From an uncultured Anaerolineales bacterium (GTDB lineage: Bacteria; Chloroflexota; Anaerolineae; Anaerolineales; RBG-16-64-43): DNA of 64,000 nucleotides. How positions within the stretch are numbered: the first letter of the stretch is position 1; each line of letters starts with the position of its first letter. Of this stretch, positions 55,678-64,000 are shown in pieces. Below the pieces are notes generated by a model, which was not told where the DNA came from, ran no database searches, and saw only the letters and a list, made by a program, of their open reading frames with translations. The position numbers and the translations under genes are program-made. The DNA is taken from the NCBI GenBank assembly GCA_964353865.1, contig CAYGXJ010000002.1, forward strand, positions 9,904 through 73,903, read 5' to 3'.

Positions 55678-56994
55678 TCACGGCCCCTTTTCCGTCTCCA
55701 TCTGGATCGTGCCCCAGGTCATCGGGTTGGTCAGCACGCGCTTCGGATCGGACGACACCATGCTTTGCTGCTTGCTGGTGCCGCTCGAGTCGTTGTCGCT
55801 GACCGAGAAAGCGAAGCCGTATTCCTCGCCGCCGGTGGGCGTGATGCTGAAGATGGTCCACGGGATCTTGGCTTCGATCTGGTAGCCCGAAAAACCGGGG
55901 GCGGAGATCTGTACGGCCTTGATCGTGGCCACTGGCTTGAGGCCGGCTTTGTCGGTCGGGAACCACAAGTACGCTTCCGGTTCCTGCCCGCCGGGGGCCA
56001 CCAGGAAGCCGCCCGAGACGCCCAGCTGGAAGTCGTCGCCGCTGAGTGAGGAGCTGCAGTAGTCACTCTTCAGCGCGGTGTCGAACAAGATCTCCAGGCT
56101 GTCGCCGTTGTACAGGTTGGAGCCACTCGATTCCTGGACGTAGTTGTTGTCGCGCACCTTGGCTGCCAGGTACAAGTAAGTGCCGTCCCACTTGAAGTGG
56201 TAGGTGGCCGAGAGGTCGGCGTCGTTGTCCCATTGCGACTTGCCGAAGACCACACTCGTCGCGCTGTACTTGAGCGTGGTGGGCCACTCCTCGGCGAAGC
56301 TATCGAAGTATCCGTCGATCGCCGGCGGGTTGGTCGTCCAGTACGCCTCGACCATGCCGCCATTGCCGTCGGGCCGGCGAACGGGCGAGGGGACGACGCA
56401 GGCCGGAACCGCCGGAGGCGGCGTCCCGGCATAGATCTTCACCCAGAAGGCGGTTGTGCCGCCGGTGCCCACGCCGAAGCGCGTGCCAGTCGGCGTTTTT
56501 AGCTTCCAGAAACCCTGGTAGCTGCCGGTCGTGGAGGGAGCCGTCATGGCCGCCGAGAGCGTAACCGTCGCAGCCGGGGCCACAGCCGCGGTGAGCGGCA
56601 CTGAGGCCGGCGCGCCCATCTGGCTGCCGCTGTCGAACACCAGCGAGTAGCCAGTGGTCCAGGTGCATGTGCCGACGTTCTTCAGCGTCCAGGTCTTGGT
56701 GAACGCCGCACCAGGGGTGATCGAGGTTCCATCTGGCACCGTCTCGCTGACGAAGTCGGCCAGATGAGTGCCGGTGCAGGCAACCGAGGTGGCTGTCGCA
56801 GCGGATGCCGGCGGCGTGGTCGGCCCCGCCGGCACGGTCGAGGTGGGCGGGATCATGAACAGCGCCGTCAAGGTCATATTCGGCGTCGGAAACACGAAGG
56901 GGGTCGGCGTTGGCGCGAGGGGCAGCGTGCACCCCACTGTAAGCACCAACAAGGCGACCAGCCCTACGAGCGGCTTGCGCGTAAACGACTTCAT
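55678..56994 (-). CDS. Secreted lipoprotein with NBR1-like Ig domain and CBM9/DOMON-like carbohydrate-binding domain
   Basis: ATG at 56994 gives MKSFTRKPLVGLVALLVLTVGC (lipobox). The NBR1-like segment is FVSETVPDGTSITPGAAFTKTWTLKNVGTCTW...YQGFWKL. The C-terminal segment is AIDGYFD...FAFSVSDND. Confidence 0.65.
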   Translation of the reverse strand: MKSFTRKPLVGLVALLVLTVGCTLPLAPTPTPFVFPTPNMTLTALFMIPPTSTVPAGPTTPPASAATATSVACTGTHLADFVSETVPDGTSITPGAAFTKTWTLKNVGTCTWTTGYSLVFDSGSQMGAPASVPLTAAVAPAATVTLSAAMTAPSTTGSYQGFWKLKTPTGTRFGVGTGGTTAFWVKIYAGTPPPAVPACVVPSPVRRPDGNGGMVEAYWTTNPPAIDGYFDSFAEEWPTTLKYSATSVVFGKSQWDNDADLSATYHFKWDGTYLYLAAKVRDNNYVQESSGSNLYNGDSLEILFDTALKSDYCSSSLSGDDFQLGVSGGFLVAPGGQEPEAYLWFPTDKAGLKPVATIKAVQISAPGFSGYQIEAKIPWTIFSITPTGGEEYGFAFSVSDNDSSGTSKQQSMVSSDPKRVLTNPMTWGTIQMETEKGP

Positions 56995-57123
56995 CTTTGG
57001 CTTCCTCCTTCCGCGGATGGCCTGCGCGACGAGAGCGGCGCGCGCACGTTGCACGCCCCCGGGCATACGGCCCGCCAGTCGGCCTGGCTGGGTCAATTCG
57101 GATCTCCCTCGGGTTGCACCTTG

Positions 57124-57208
57124 TAGGGCGGGTGGGAGTTGAACCCACACGGGGGGTTAGCCCGAGGGATTTTAAGTCCCCTGCGTCTGCCAATTTCGCC
57201 ACCGCCCC
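57124..57208 (-). tRNA. tRNA-Leu (anticodon UAA)
   Basis: Hand-folded cloverleaf of 85 nt. Acceptor GGGGCGG/CCGCCCT (G1-U72), D stem GCG/CGC, anticodon stem GGGGA/TCCCT with loop CTTAAAA. It has a 16-nt variable arm (CGGG/CCCG), T arm GTGGG-TTCAACT-CCCAC and discriminator A. CCA is not encoded. Confidence 0.9.
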
Positions 57209-57217
57209 AATTAGCCC

Positions 57218-57223
57218 ATTATA
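57218..57223 (-). promoter_or_regulatory. -10 box (TATAAT) for the tRNA-Leu gene
   Basis: The minus strand reads TATAAT 9 nt upstream of the mature tRNA 5' end. I found no convincing -35 element. Confidence 0.35.
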
Positions 57224-57392
57224 TATCCGAGATCGCTCCCGGACCTTCGGCCGATGGGCGGCGTCACCCGCCATGCGCCCCAGGGAAGGGGACGTCCTTC
57301 GTCCCCGCCTTGTTCCGTTGCAGGATGCGTGCCGGATGTGTGGCTGGTGATCGAGGCAGGTGTTGAGGCCGCCACCTCCCCCGGCGGTGGCC

Positions 57393-60300
57393 CTAGCTTT
57401 CGGTTTCTGTCGGCAACAGGACGCGCACCGTTGTCCCAGATCCCGGCTCGCTCTGCACCTCGATCTCTCCACCGTGCGCGCCGATAATCTGCTGGGCAAT
57501 TGCCAACCCAAAACCAAGCCCGCGGACGACGCCCCCTTCCACCTTGCGGGTGAAACCCGGTTCGAAGACTCGAGGCAAGTCCTGTTTGAGGATGCCCGCC
57601 CCGTTATCGCGCACGACGATGGCGATACCCGGGGCATCGGTGCCGTCGTGGCGCAGCGAGGCGCGTGAGGTATGCACGCTGAGCAAACCGCCGGCCGGCA
57701 GCGCCTCGATCGCGTTCTTGACCACGGCCGAAAAGGCTTCGTACAGCCCAGTGCGATCGCCGTGGATGCGCGGTAGATCGTCGGCCAGGGAGAGGTCAAG
57801 CGCCACACCCTGCTCGCGTAGCCGCTCGCCAAACGTGGCCACGATCTCCTCCAGCAGCGAGGACACCGAGACCGGGGCCAGGCTGGTCGGCGTCGGCTGA
57901 GCCAGTTCGCGGAAGTGCTGAATGAGGCCGGCGGTGCGTTGCACCGTCTGTTCGATGATCTGCAGATGGTGGGCCACATCCTCGTTGCCGGCCGGCATGC
58001 GCCGCGAGAGCAGGTAGGAATGCAGCGACAGCGTGCTGAGTGCGTTGTTGATTTCGTGGGCCAGGCCCATCCCCAGGGCCGTCGCCGACTCCAGGCGCGC
58101 CGTGCGCAACAGGCGCTCTTCCAACTGACGGCGTGTGGTGATATCGGTCATCACGCCGTCATAATAGCGGATCGAACCATCGGCCTCGCGCACCATGCGC
58201 GCCACGTCACGCACCCAGCGCCAGCGATCCTGGCGGTCGCGCAGGCGATACTCCTCGATCCATTCCTTGCCCTGGGCGATGGCCGTATCGAACGAGGCGT
58301 GCACCCGCTCGCGATCGTCGGGATGCAGGCGCTCATTCCAGATGTTGGGCGAGGCCGTCCATTCCTCGGGCGAGAACCCGGTCAAATCGCGGATGCCCTG
58401 CGACACGAAGGTCATGTGGCCGTCGATGCTGCCGCGGTAGATCGCGCCCGGGACGTGCTGCACGGTGCGCTCGAAGCGCTCGTGGGCCTCTTGCAGCGCG
58501 CGCAGCAGGCGTGCCTTGTCATAGGCCAGCGCCGCACGCGCCGCGAACATCTCCAACAGGCGCCGGTCTTGCTCGGGGAATTCGCGCGGGTGGAAGAAGT
58601 CGAGGATCAAGAGGCCGAACGGCGCACCGTCCGTGCGCAGGGGCAAGTGCGCCACCGCGCGGATGCCGGATTGGCCGACCAATGGATGCAGGTTGCCCTC
58701 CAGGCGTAGGTTGCTGAAGTAGCGCGCCTGCCCCCCACGGTAGGTGGTCATCCCCAATCCGTCGGGCCGGAAGGGCTCATTATCGAGCGCGGCCGGCACG
58801 TTGCGGCTGATGACCGTGCGCAGCACCTGCGCCTCGGGCTGCCATAGGGCGATGCCGCCGCCGTTGGCCCACAGCGCTTCGATGGCCACGTCCAGCGTCA
58901 ACTCCAACACGCGCACCGGGTCGTCGGCCGCGGAGAGGGAGAGTTCCAGTTCATATAGACGAGTGAGCGAGTTGAGGCGCTGCGAGGAGGACTCGCTGGC
59001 CGCCTGGTTCTCAAGCGATACGCCGATCTGGCGCACGATCATGTCCGCTAGGCGCAATTGCTCCGGGGCAAAGGACGCCTCGTCCCACGGCGAGTCTCTT
59101 CCGGCCACTAGAATGCCCCAGCGCCGGCTAGGGCTGTGGATCGGCAACAGGGCGATGCTCTCAGGCGGTTGCGGAGTGAGCACTTGAATCTCGGCCATTG
59201 GCGCGGGGTCGTCGTGGGCACCGCCGCGCCAAACGGCATACGTGCCGTGCTGCAGGATCTCCGCCATGCGCGGCAGCGAGCTGAGCGGCACCACCGTTCC
59301 GGGCGGTGCCAGGTCCTCAACCGGCTGCAGCGAGGTGGCCGCTTCGACCCGGAAGCTCTGCCCATCTTCACCGAGCATCAACGTCAGGCAGAAGCCGGCA
59401 TTGAGGTATTCGCCCATCATGCGCGTGACCTGGGAAAGCAGAAAGCTGCGTTGATCCTCGCCGCCTCCCAGGGGCCCGCGCGTCAGCAGGTGCACCAGGT
59501 TGTGCGCCAACCCTTCGAAATGGTGCGCGCGATGGCGCTCGCGTTCCAGGTGGCGCACGTGTTCGAGGTTGGCGCCCGCGCTTTCGGCTAGGGCGGTCAA
59601 CAGGCGCACGTCATCGTCGAAATAGGCCCCGGGGCGCAGCGTCTGGGCTGAGATCATACCGATCAGCCGGTCGCCCACGCGCAGCGGGGCGCATACCGCC
59701 GAGCGCACGGGCTGGTCACCGCCGTAGTGGCGCGGCGCGTACGGCAAAAGGTCGGCCAGGTCGTCCACGCGGAACCCCTGACGCTCAGCCAGCATGTTGC
59801 CCAGCAGCCCGGGTTTGGCCGTGACGGTAATCGGCGCGCTGCGCTTGTCGTTGTCAATGACATAGACCAACCGCGCCTGATTGCCGTCTTCGTCGTAAAG
59901 GGCGATGACGAACGAGTCGCACGGCATGAGCTCGCGCGTCCCCTCATGCAGCGCCTGATAGATTTGCTCCAGGTCGGTGGCTGAGGCCACCCCGTGGGCG
60001 ATCTTCAGCAGCGTCTCGCGTTGCTGCGCCACGCGGCGCAAGAGATCCGAGAAGTCGAGGTGCTCGAGAACCGTCCCCAGGTTGGAGACGATTGTCTGCG
60101 CCACCTCCACCTCGCGAGCCGTGAGTTGCCCGGGCGCATCGGCCAGAAGCAACAGCACGCCGCGTGCAGCCTGGCTGACCTTGATGGCCGCCAGGATGGC
60201 AGCGGCGGGGGAGGCGTCGTTGGCCGCCTGGCGTTGAGTGAGCATGCGGCGCATGGGCTCAGCCGCCAGCGCCGCCTCCAGCTCGGCCCCGCTGTGCAGC

Positions 60301-61106
60301 GCGGCCTCGCGAGATTGCACTGCCGCCGCGATCAGCGAGCCCGAAGTGCCGAAACCGGGAATCAGCGAGGTCTCGCCCAGGCCAAAAGAGGCAAATGGCA
60401 GGAGCTCTTTGCGCGAGTTCTCGAGCAGGAAGACGACCCCGGCGTCTGCTTGCGGGACGGCCCGCTGGAGGAGGGAGGGCAGGCGGTCGCGCAGTTGGTC
60501 GAAGGTGAGCGCATTGGCCAGCGGCTGACCGAGTGTCGCTAGGCGCAGCAGATCACCCGAATGCTTGAGTTCCGCCTCCAGCGTATCGCGCCAGAAACGG
60601 GCGGCGATCTGAGCGCCGCGGGTCATGACAAACCCGGAGGCCGTGTAGGTCAGGCACCGCAGCAACAGATCAACCCAGGTGAACGGAGTCCCGCGGCCGG
60701 CCAGCATCACCGTCAGCGCCGCATCCAGAACAATCGCCAGTCCCACAGCCGGCCAAGTGGCCCAGCGGACGCTGGCGAATGCCATGAAGGTAATGCTGAG
60801 GGGATAGAACAACCACACCGAGGAGGCGACCGGACGCAGGAAGTAATCGGTGACCGCGATCAGCCCAAGGGTTCCCAGGTCGAGGGTGTGCGAGAGCAAG
60901 ACCGGGATGCGCCGCCGCGAGAGGTGGCGTGCGGCCACAACGGCGCTGTAGGCAACGACGCCGGCCAGAACCAGAAGGTCACGCTGTTTTTCGGCCGCCG
61001 CCAGCGGCGAAAGCCACAAGGCAGCCGCCAAGCCGCCTGCCAGGACGAGCATTCCGGCAAGATAGAGGATCGGCAGCGCAGCGGGATGCCCGCGGTTGGT
61101 GTCCAT
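57393..61106 (-). CDS. Large membrane-anchored multi-GAF/PAS sensor histidine kinase
   Basis: 1237 aa with N-terminal TM helices, several GAF-like segments and PAS. The H-box is GLAHEINNAL. The ATP-lid is DNGAGI...GLGFGLAIAQQIIGAHGG. Confidence 0.9.
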   Translation of the reverse strand: MDTNRGHPAALPILYLAGMLVLAGGLAAALWLSPLAAAEKQRDLLVLAGVVAYSAVVAARHLSRRRIPVLLSHTLDLGTLGLIAVTDYFLRPVASSVWLFYPLSITFMAFASVRWATWPAVGLAIVLDAALTVMLAGRGTPFTWVDLLLRCLTYTASGFVMTRGAQIAARFWRDTLEAELKHSGDLLRLATLGQPLANALTFDQLRDRLPSLLQRAVPQADAGVVFLLENSRKELLPFASFGLGETSLIPGFGTSGSLIAAAVQSREAALHSGAELEAALAAEPMRRMLTQRQAANDASPAAAILAAIKVSQAARGVLLLLADAPGQLTAREVEVAQTIVSNLGTVLEHLDFSDLLRRVAQQRETLLKIAHGVASATDLEQIYQALHEGTRELMPCDSFVIALYDEDGNQARLVYVIDNDKRSAPITVTAKPGLLGNMLAERQGFRVDDLADLLPYAPRHYGGDQPVRSAVCAPLRVGDRLIGMISAQTLRPGAYFDDDVRLLTALAESAGANLEHVRHLERERHRAHHFEGLAHNLVHLLTRGPLGGGEDQRSFLLSQVTRMMGEYLNAGFCLTLMLGEDGQSFRVEAATSLQPVEDLAPPGTVVPLSSLPRMAEILQHGTYAVWRGGAHDDPAPMAEIQVLTPQPPESIALLPIHSPSRRWGILVAGRDSPWDEASFAPEQLRLADMIVRQIGVSLENQAASESSSQRLNSLTRLYELELSLSAADDPVRVLELTLDVAIEALWANGGGIALWQPEAQVLRTVISRNVPAALDNEPFRPDGLGMTTYRGGQARYFSNLRLEGNLHPLVGQSGIRAVAHLPLRTDGAPFGLLILDFFHPREFPEQDRRLLEMFAARAALAYDKARLLRALQEAHERFERTVQHVPGAIYRGSIDGHMTFVSQGIRDLTGFSPEEWTASPNIWNERLHPDDRERVHASFDTAIAQGKEWIEEYRLRDRQDRWRWVRDVARMVREADGSIRYYDGVMTDITTRRQLEERLLRTARLESATALGMGLAHEINNALSTLSLHSYLLSRRMPAGNEDVAHHLQIIEQTVQRTAGLIQHFRELAQPTPTSLAPVSVSSLLEEIVATFGERLREQGVALDLSLADDLPRIHGDRTGLYEAFSAVVKNAIEALPAGGLLSVHTSRASLRHDGTDAPGIAIVVRDNGAGILKQDLPRVFEPGFTRKVEGGVVRGLGFGLAIAQQIIGAHGGEIEVQSEPGSGTTVRVLLPTETES

Positions 61107-61323
61107 GGTCGCTCGATCGTCGTCCTTCGATTATAGCCGGGAGAAATTCGTTTGCAAGAGAAAATGCCATCTGCCCGCGTTCGGTAAGGCAATTGCCACG
61201 ATGGGGTATAGTTGCCCGAAGCGGCGGCTCCTCCTCCAGGAGGTATTGCACATTCCGGACCACCCCGGCGCGCCGCGCACTTCTCTGCCAACGGCTCATC
61301 TTGCGGGGCGAGTGAGGGCGAGG

Positions 61324-62433
61324 ATGGAAAACCGCTTCGTCACCTGGCTGGAAATCGATCTGTCGGCGATCGAGGACAATGTTCGCCGCCTGTGCGCACT
61401 GACCCGCACACCGCTCATGGCCGTGGTCAAGGCCAACGGCTACGGTCACGGCGCGAGCCAAGTAGCGCGCGCGGCTGCCTCTGGCGGAGCTGCCTGGCTT
61501 GGCGTGGCCCGCCTCGCCGAAGCCCTCGAACTGCGCGCCGCCGCGCTGCGGCTGCCCATCCTCATCCTGGGCGTTGTTTCCGTGGCCGAGGTCGAGGCGG
61601 CTGTCGCAGCCGACGTGGCTCTGACTGTCCCATCCGTTGAGCTGGCCCGTGCCTACGGGCAGCGGGCGACGGCACTAGGCGTGCAAGCCCGCATCCACCT
61701 CAAGGTCGACAGCGGCATGGGTCGCCTGGGGGTGCTTCCGAACGAGGCGCTTACCGTAGTCCAGGAGGTGCAGCGCAACACCGGCCTGAGTCTCGAGGGC
61801 TTCTTCACCCACTTGGCCAGGGCCGATGAGCCCGACCTTGCCCCGACCCGTGCTCAGCTGGCTGCATTCCAGTCTGTTGTGGATGGCCTGGGCGGGGAAG
61901 GTCGGCCTCTGCCGCTACTCCATGCAGCGAACTCCGCGGCCGCACTCAACATCCCCGAATCGCGTATGGGTTTGGTGCGCGTGGGCATTGCCATGTACGG
62001 CCTTCACCCTTCAGCGGAAGCACCCCTCCCGGAAGGGTTCCGTCCGGCGCTCACCTGGAAGGCACAACTGGCCTCGTGCAAGGAGTTGCCGAAGGGTCAC
62101 GGCGTGAGTTACGGTCACGAATATGTCACTCGCCGTCGCGAGATCATTGGGACAATCCCGTTGGGCTATGCCGATGGCTTTCGGCGGGCGAGGCCCAACA
62201 CGGTGCTCATTAGGGGGGCCCGCGCGCCAGTGGTGGGGCGCGTGTGCATGGACCAGTGCATGGTACGCCTGCCGGCACTGCTGCCACTCGGCACCGAGGT
62301 GGTGCTCATCGGTCGCCAGGGTAACCAGGTCATATCTGCCGAAGAGGTCGCCGTGCGGTGGGACACGAACAACTACGAGGTTGTGACCGGTCTGAGCGCA
62401 CGCGTGCCACGCCTCTACACGGGAGAACGCTGA
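61324..62433 (+). CDS. alr: Alanine racemase
   Basis: ATG at 61324 inside ORF 61096..62433. The PLP-lysine motif is MAVVKANGYGHG, and VSYGH and GRVCMDQ are also present. Confidence 0.92.
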   Translation: MENRFVTWLEIDLSAIEDNVRRLCALTRTPLMAVVKANGYGHGASQVARAAASGGAAWLGVARLAEALELRAAALRLPILILGVVSVAEVEAAVAADVALTVPSVELARAYGQRATALGVQARIHLKVDSGMGRLGVLPNEALTVVQEVQRNTGLSLEGFFTHLARADEPDLAPTRAQLAAFQSVVDGLGGEGRPLPLLHAANSAAALNIPESRMGLVRVGIAMYGLHPSAEAPLPEGFRPALTWKAQLASCKELPKGHGVSYGHEYVTRRREIIGTIPLGYADGFRRARPNTVLIRGARAPVVGRVCMDQCMVRLPALLPLGTEVVLIGRQGNQVISAEEVAVRWDTNNYEVVTGLSARVPRLYTGER

Positions 62434-62468
62434 GCCGGCAGCCGAGACAGCACGGGCGACGGAATGCG

Positions 62469-64000
62469 CTAGCCCATTTCGCCGATGCGCCTCACCCGCC
62501 CGAGCATGAGGTAGGGCGGCAGTAGCGCGCACACCAGCGCGAACACACTGCCCACGACCACGCCGATCGCTTGGCCCAGCCCCGCGCTGCCGCCCAGCAA
62601 TGGCACGAGCACGGCCGGGCCAAGGAAGAACGCCGCGGCGAGCGCCACGTAAGCCATGCCCGCAAACGATCCAATGCACCCAACCGACCCGCGCACCATG
62701 TGCCGCGGGTCTTCCCATTCCAGGTTGGCGCCTGCCACGCCGAAGGCCAGGTTCACCCCCACTCCACCGGCCAACGCCAATGCGACAACCGCCATACCGA
62801 ATAGCACTACGCTGGAACCTGCCCTCTGGAGCAGAGAAGCGACCATGAGGAAGAGTTCGCCGATAACCAGCGTGGGCAGGTAGGCAGTGAGTGCCTTGGC
62901 GAGCATCAATCGCACGGGGGTCACCGGCGCGGTCTTGATCAGCCAATAGGCGCGGCCCTCGTGCGAGAAGGCCATCATCCCCAAACGCGAGAGCATGATC
63001 CACCCGATGAACAATGCAATACCGATGTTTCCATACGCCAGCATCTGGCCCGCGCCCTGCATGAACCACTGCGGCGCTGCGCCGCGCCCCGGGTCCACCT
63101 GCCCGCCGCTGCGGGCCAGCATGGCGGCATACACAATGCCCAAGATGAGCGGGGTCATCAGCTGCGAAAGGTTGCGCAGGTCGCGTCTCAAGACGCGTGC
63201 ATCCTTGACAATCAGCGCGGTCACCGCCCGCGGTAAGAGCCTCGGGAAGGCCGGGCGCCGGGCGGCCGCAGCGCGTGGGGTGGCATGTGGGCGGGCGCGC
63301 GGCCGGCGTGGCGTGCCAGCTTGCATCTGCGACCAGCCGGTGTGATACAGCACTTCACAGGCGCGCAGGGTCACGGCGAAGATGGCAACTGCCAGCACGA
63401 GAGTCAGTCCCAGGCCCAGCGCGGCGCTGGCCCCCTGCCCAGTGCCCAGTCCGATCAAGCCGCGTCCGGCCCAGGCGAAGGGCGACCACGGCGCGTTGAC
63501 ACGGCTGAGCAAGTCCATCATCTGAGTCGTCTGTTGAGCGTTGAAGGTCATGTTGCGGGTGAAGTTTCCCGACTGAGAGCAGATGAGGGAAGCCGCAGCA
63601 CCCACCGCGGCCAGCGCCTCCGCGACGCGCCGCGCCGGAACGAGGCGCACCACGCCCATGACCAGCACCGCCGATAAACCAGCTGCCGCGAACGTCATGC
63701 AGACCAGCAGCAGGATCACCAAGGGATAGAACAGCGCGTGGTAGCCGGCCGAGGCGCCGAGCCCGAAGAGCACCGGCAGGGCGAAAAGACACAGCAGGGC
63801 GAAGTTGGGCAGGATGGCCTGGATCAGTTTGCTGATGAACACGGCCCGCACCGGGATGGGCGCGGCCATCAGAAAGTCCATATCCCGCGCCAGATACAAC
63901 GACTGCAGCAGAACCCCGAAACTAGTGACCAGGATAGTGAGGAACGCGCCGGTGAGAATCACGGTGGGCAGCGCTTCGAGCACTTGGGTGAGATCGACGA
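62469..64000 (-). CDS. Polytopic membrane protein, ABC-exporter permease-like (5' end probably beyond the window)
   Basis: More than 504 aa with over 10 predicted TM helices. The frame stays open to the window edge. Confidence 0.55.
   Translation of the reverse strand, partial: VDLTQVLEALPTVILTGAFLTILVTSFGVLLQSLYLARDMDFLMAAPIPVRAVFISKLIQAILPNFALLCLFALPVLFGLGASAGYHALFYPLVILLLVCMTFAAAGLSAVLVMGVVRLVPARRVAEALAAVGAAASLICSQSGNFTRNMTFNAQQTTQMMDLLSRVNAPWSPFAWAGRGLIGLGTGQGASAALGLGLTLVLAVAIFAVTLRACEVLYHTGWSQMQAGTPRRPRARPHATPRAAAARRPAFPRLLPRAVTALIVKDARVLRRDLRNLSQLMTPLILGIVYAAMLARSGGQVDPGRGAAPQWFMQGAGQMLAYGNIGIALFIGWIMLSRLGMMAFSHEGRAYWLIKTAPVTPVRLMLAKALTAYLPTLVIGELFLMVASLLQRAGSSVVLFGMAVVALALAGGVGVNLAFGVAGANLEWEDPRHMVRGSVGCIGSFAGMAYVALAAAFFLGPAVLVPLLGGSAGLGQAIGVVVGSVFALVCALLPPYLMLGRVRRIGEMG

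Noticed and set aside
57124-57392. Genomic island or prophage integrated at the tRNA-Leu gene.
   Set aside because: No integrase, no repeat of the tRNA 3' end and no compositional shift is visible on either side. The neighbours are a lipoprotein gene and a histidine kinase.

Overview
High-GC (roughly 65-70% by eye) bacterial chromosomal segment with about 55 protein genes and one tRNA. I found no rRNA, CRISPR array, transposase or integrase. Most of the content is housekeeping. DNA repair genes are recN, mutY, sbcD-sbcC, uvrA and ssb. Translation and membrane-insertion genes form two clusters, infC-rpmI-rplT and rpmH-rnpA-yidD-yidC-jag. Central metabolism includes icd, sdhCDAB, a UbiA/MenA-like prenyltransferase, lipA, proC, surE and alr. 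There is a cell-wall cluster of three YkuD L,D-transpeptidases plus an amidase. Two GAF/PAS histidine-kinase loci are present. Lipoprotein signals, the many YkuD paralogues and the GC-rich hairpin repeats suggest a monoderm Chloroflexota-like organism, but that is inference only. Seven things deserve a second look. (1) A lower-GC islet at 35.4-37.1 kb carries a small winged-helix regulator, a Pol-beta-type nucleotidyltransferase and an ankyrin gene, preceded by four phased GACCTA/TAGGTC half-sites; it looks like a toxin-antitoxin or defence-like module. (2) A co-directional gene string of J-protein, HtrA protease and an archaeo-eukaryotic eRF1/Vms1-like release-factor homologue. (3) A composite hairpin repeat of about 315 bp, present as two tandem copies at 20.26-20.86 kb and one inverted copy at 28.65-28.90 kb, bracketing a 7.8 kb gene block. 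(4) A second repeat family with a GCGTAAGGCATGCTATGCCCTC core, with at least 4 copies. (5) sbcD and sbcC separated by 355 bp of repeats, including a perfect 16-bp-stem palindrome. (6) Four disrupted genes: two in-frame stops and two single-base losses in G/C runs. (7) Smaller oddities: an ATC start on infC, a basic tail on Icd, an SSB without the canonical C-terminal tip, and a DNPH1/Rcl-like gene. All calls rest on reading the translated ORFs and the DNA by eye. No database search was run.
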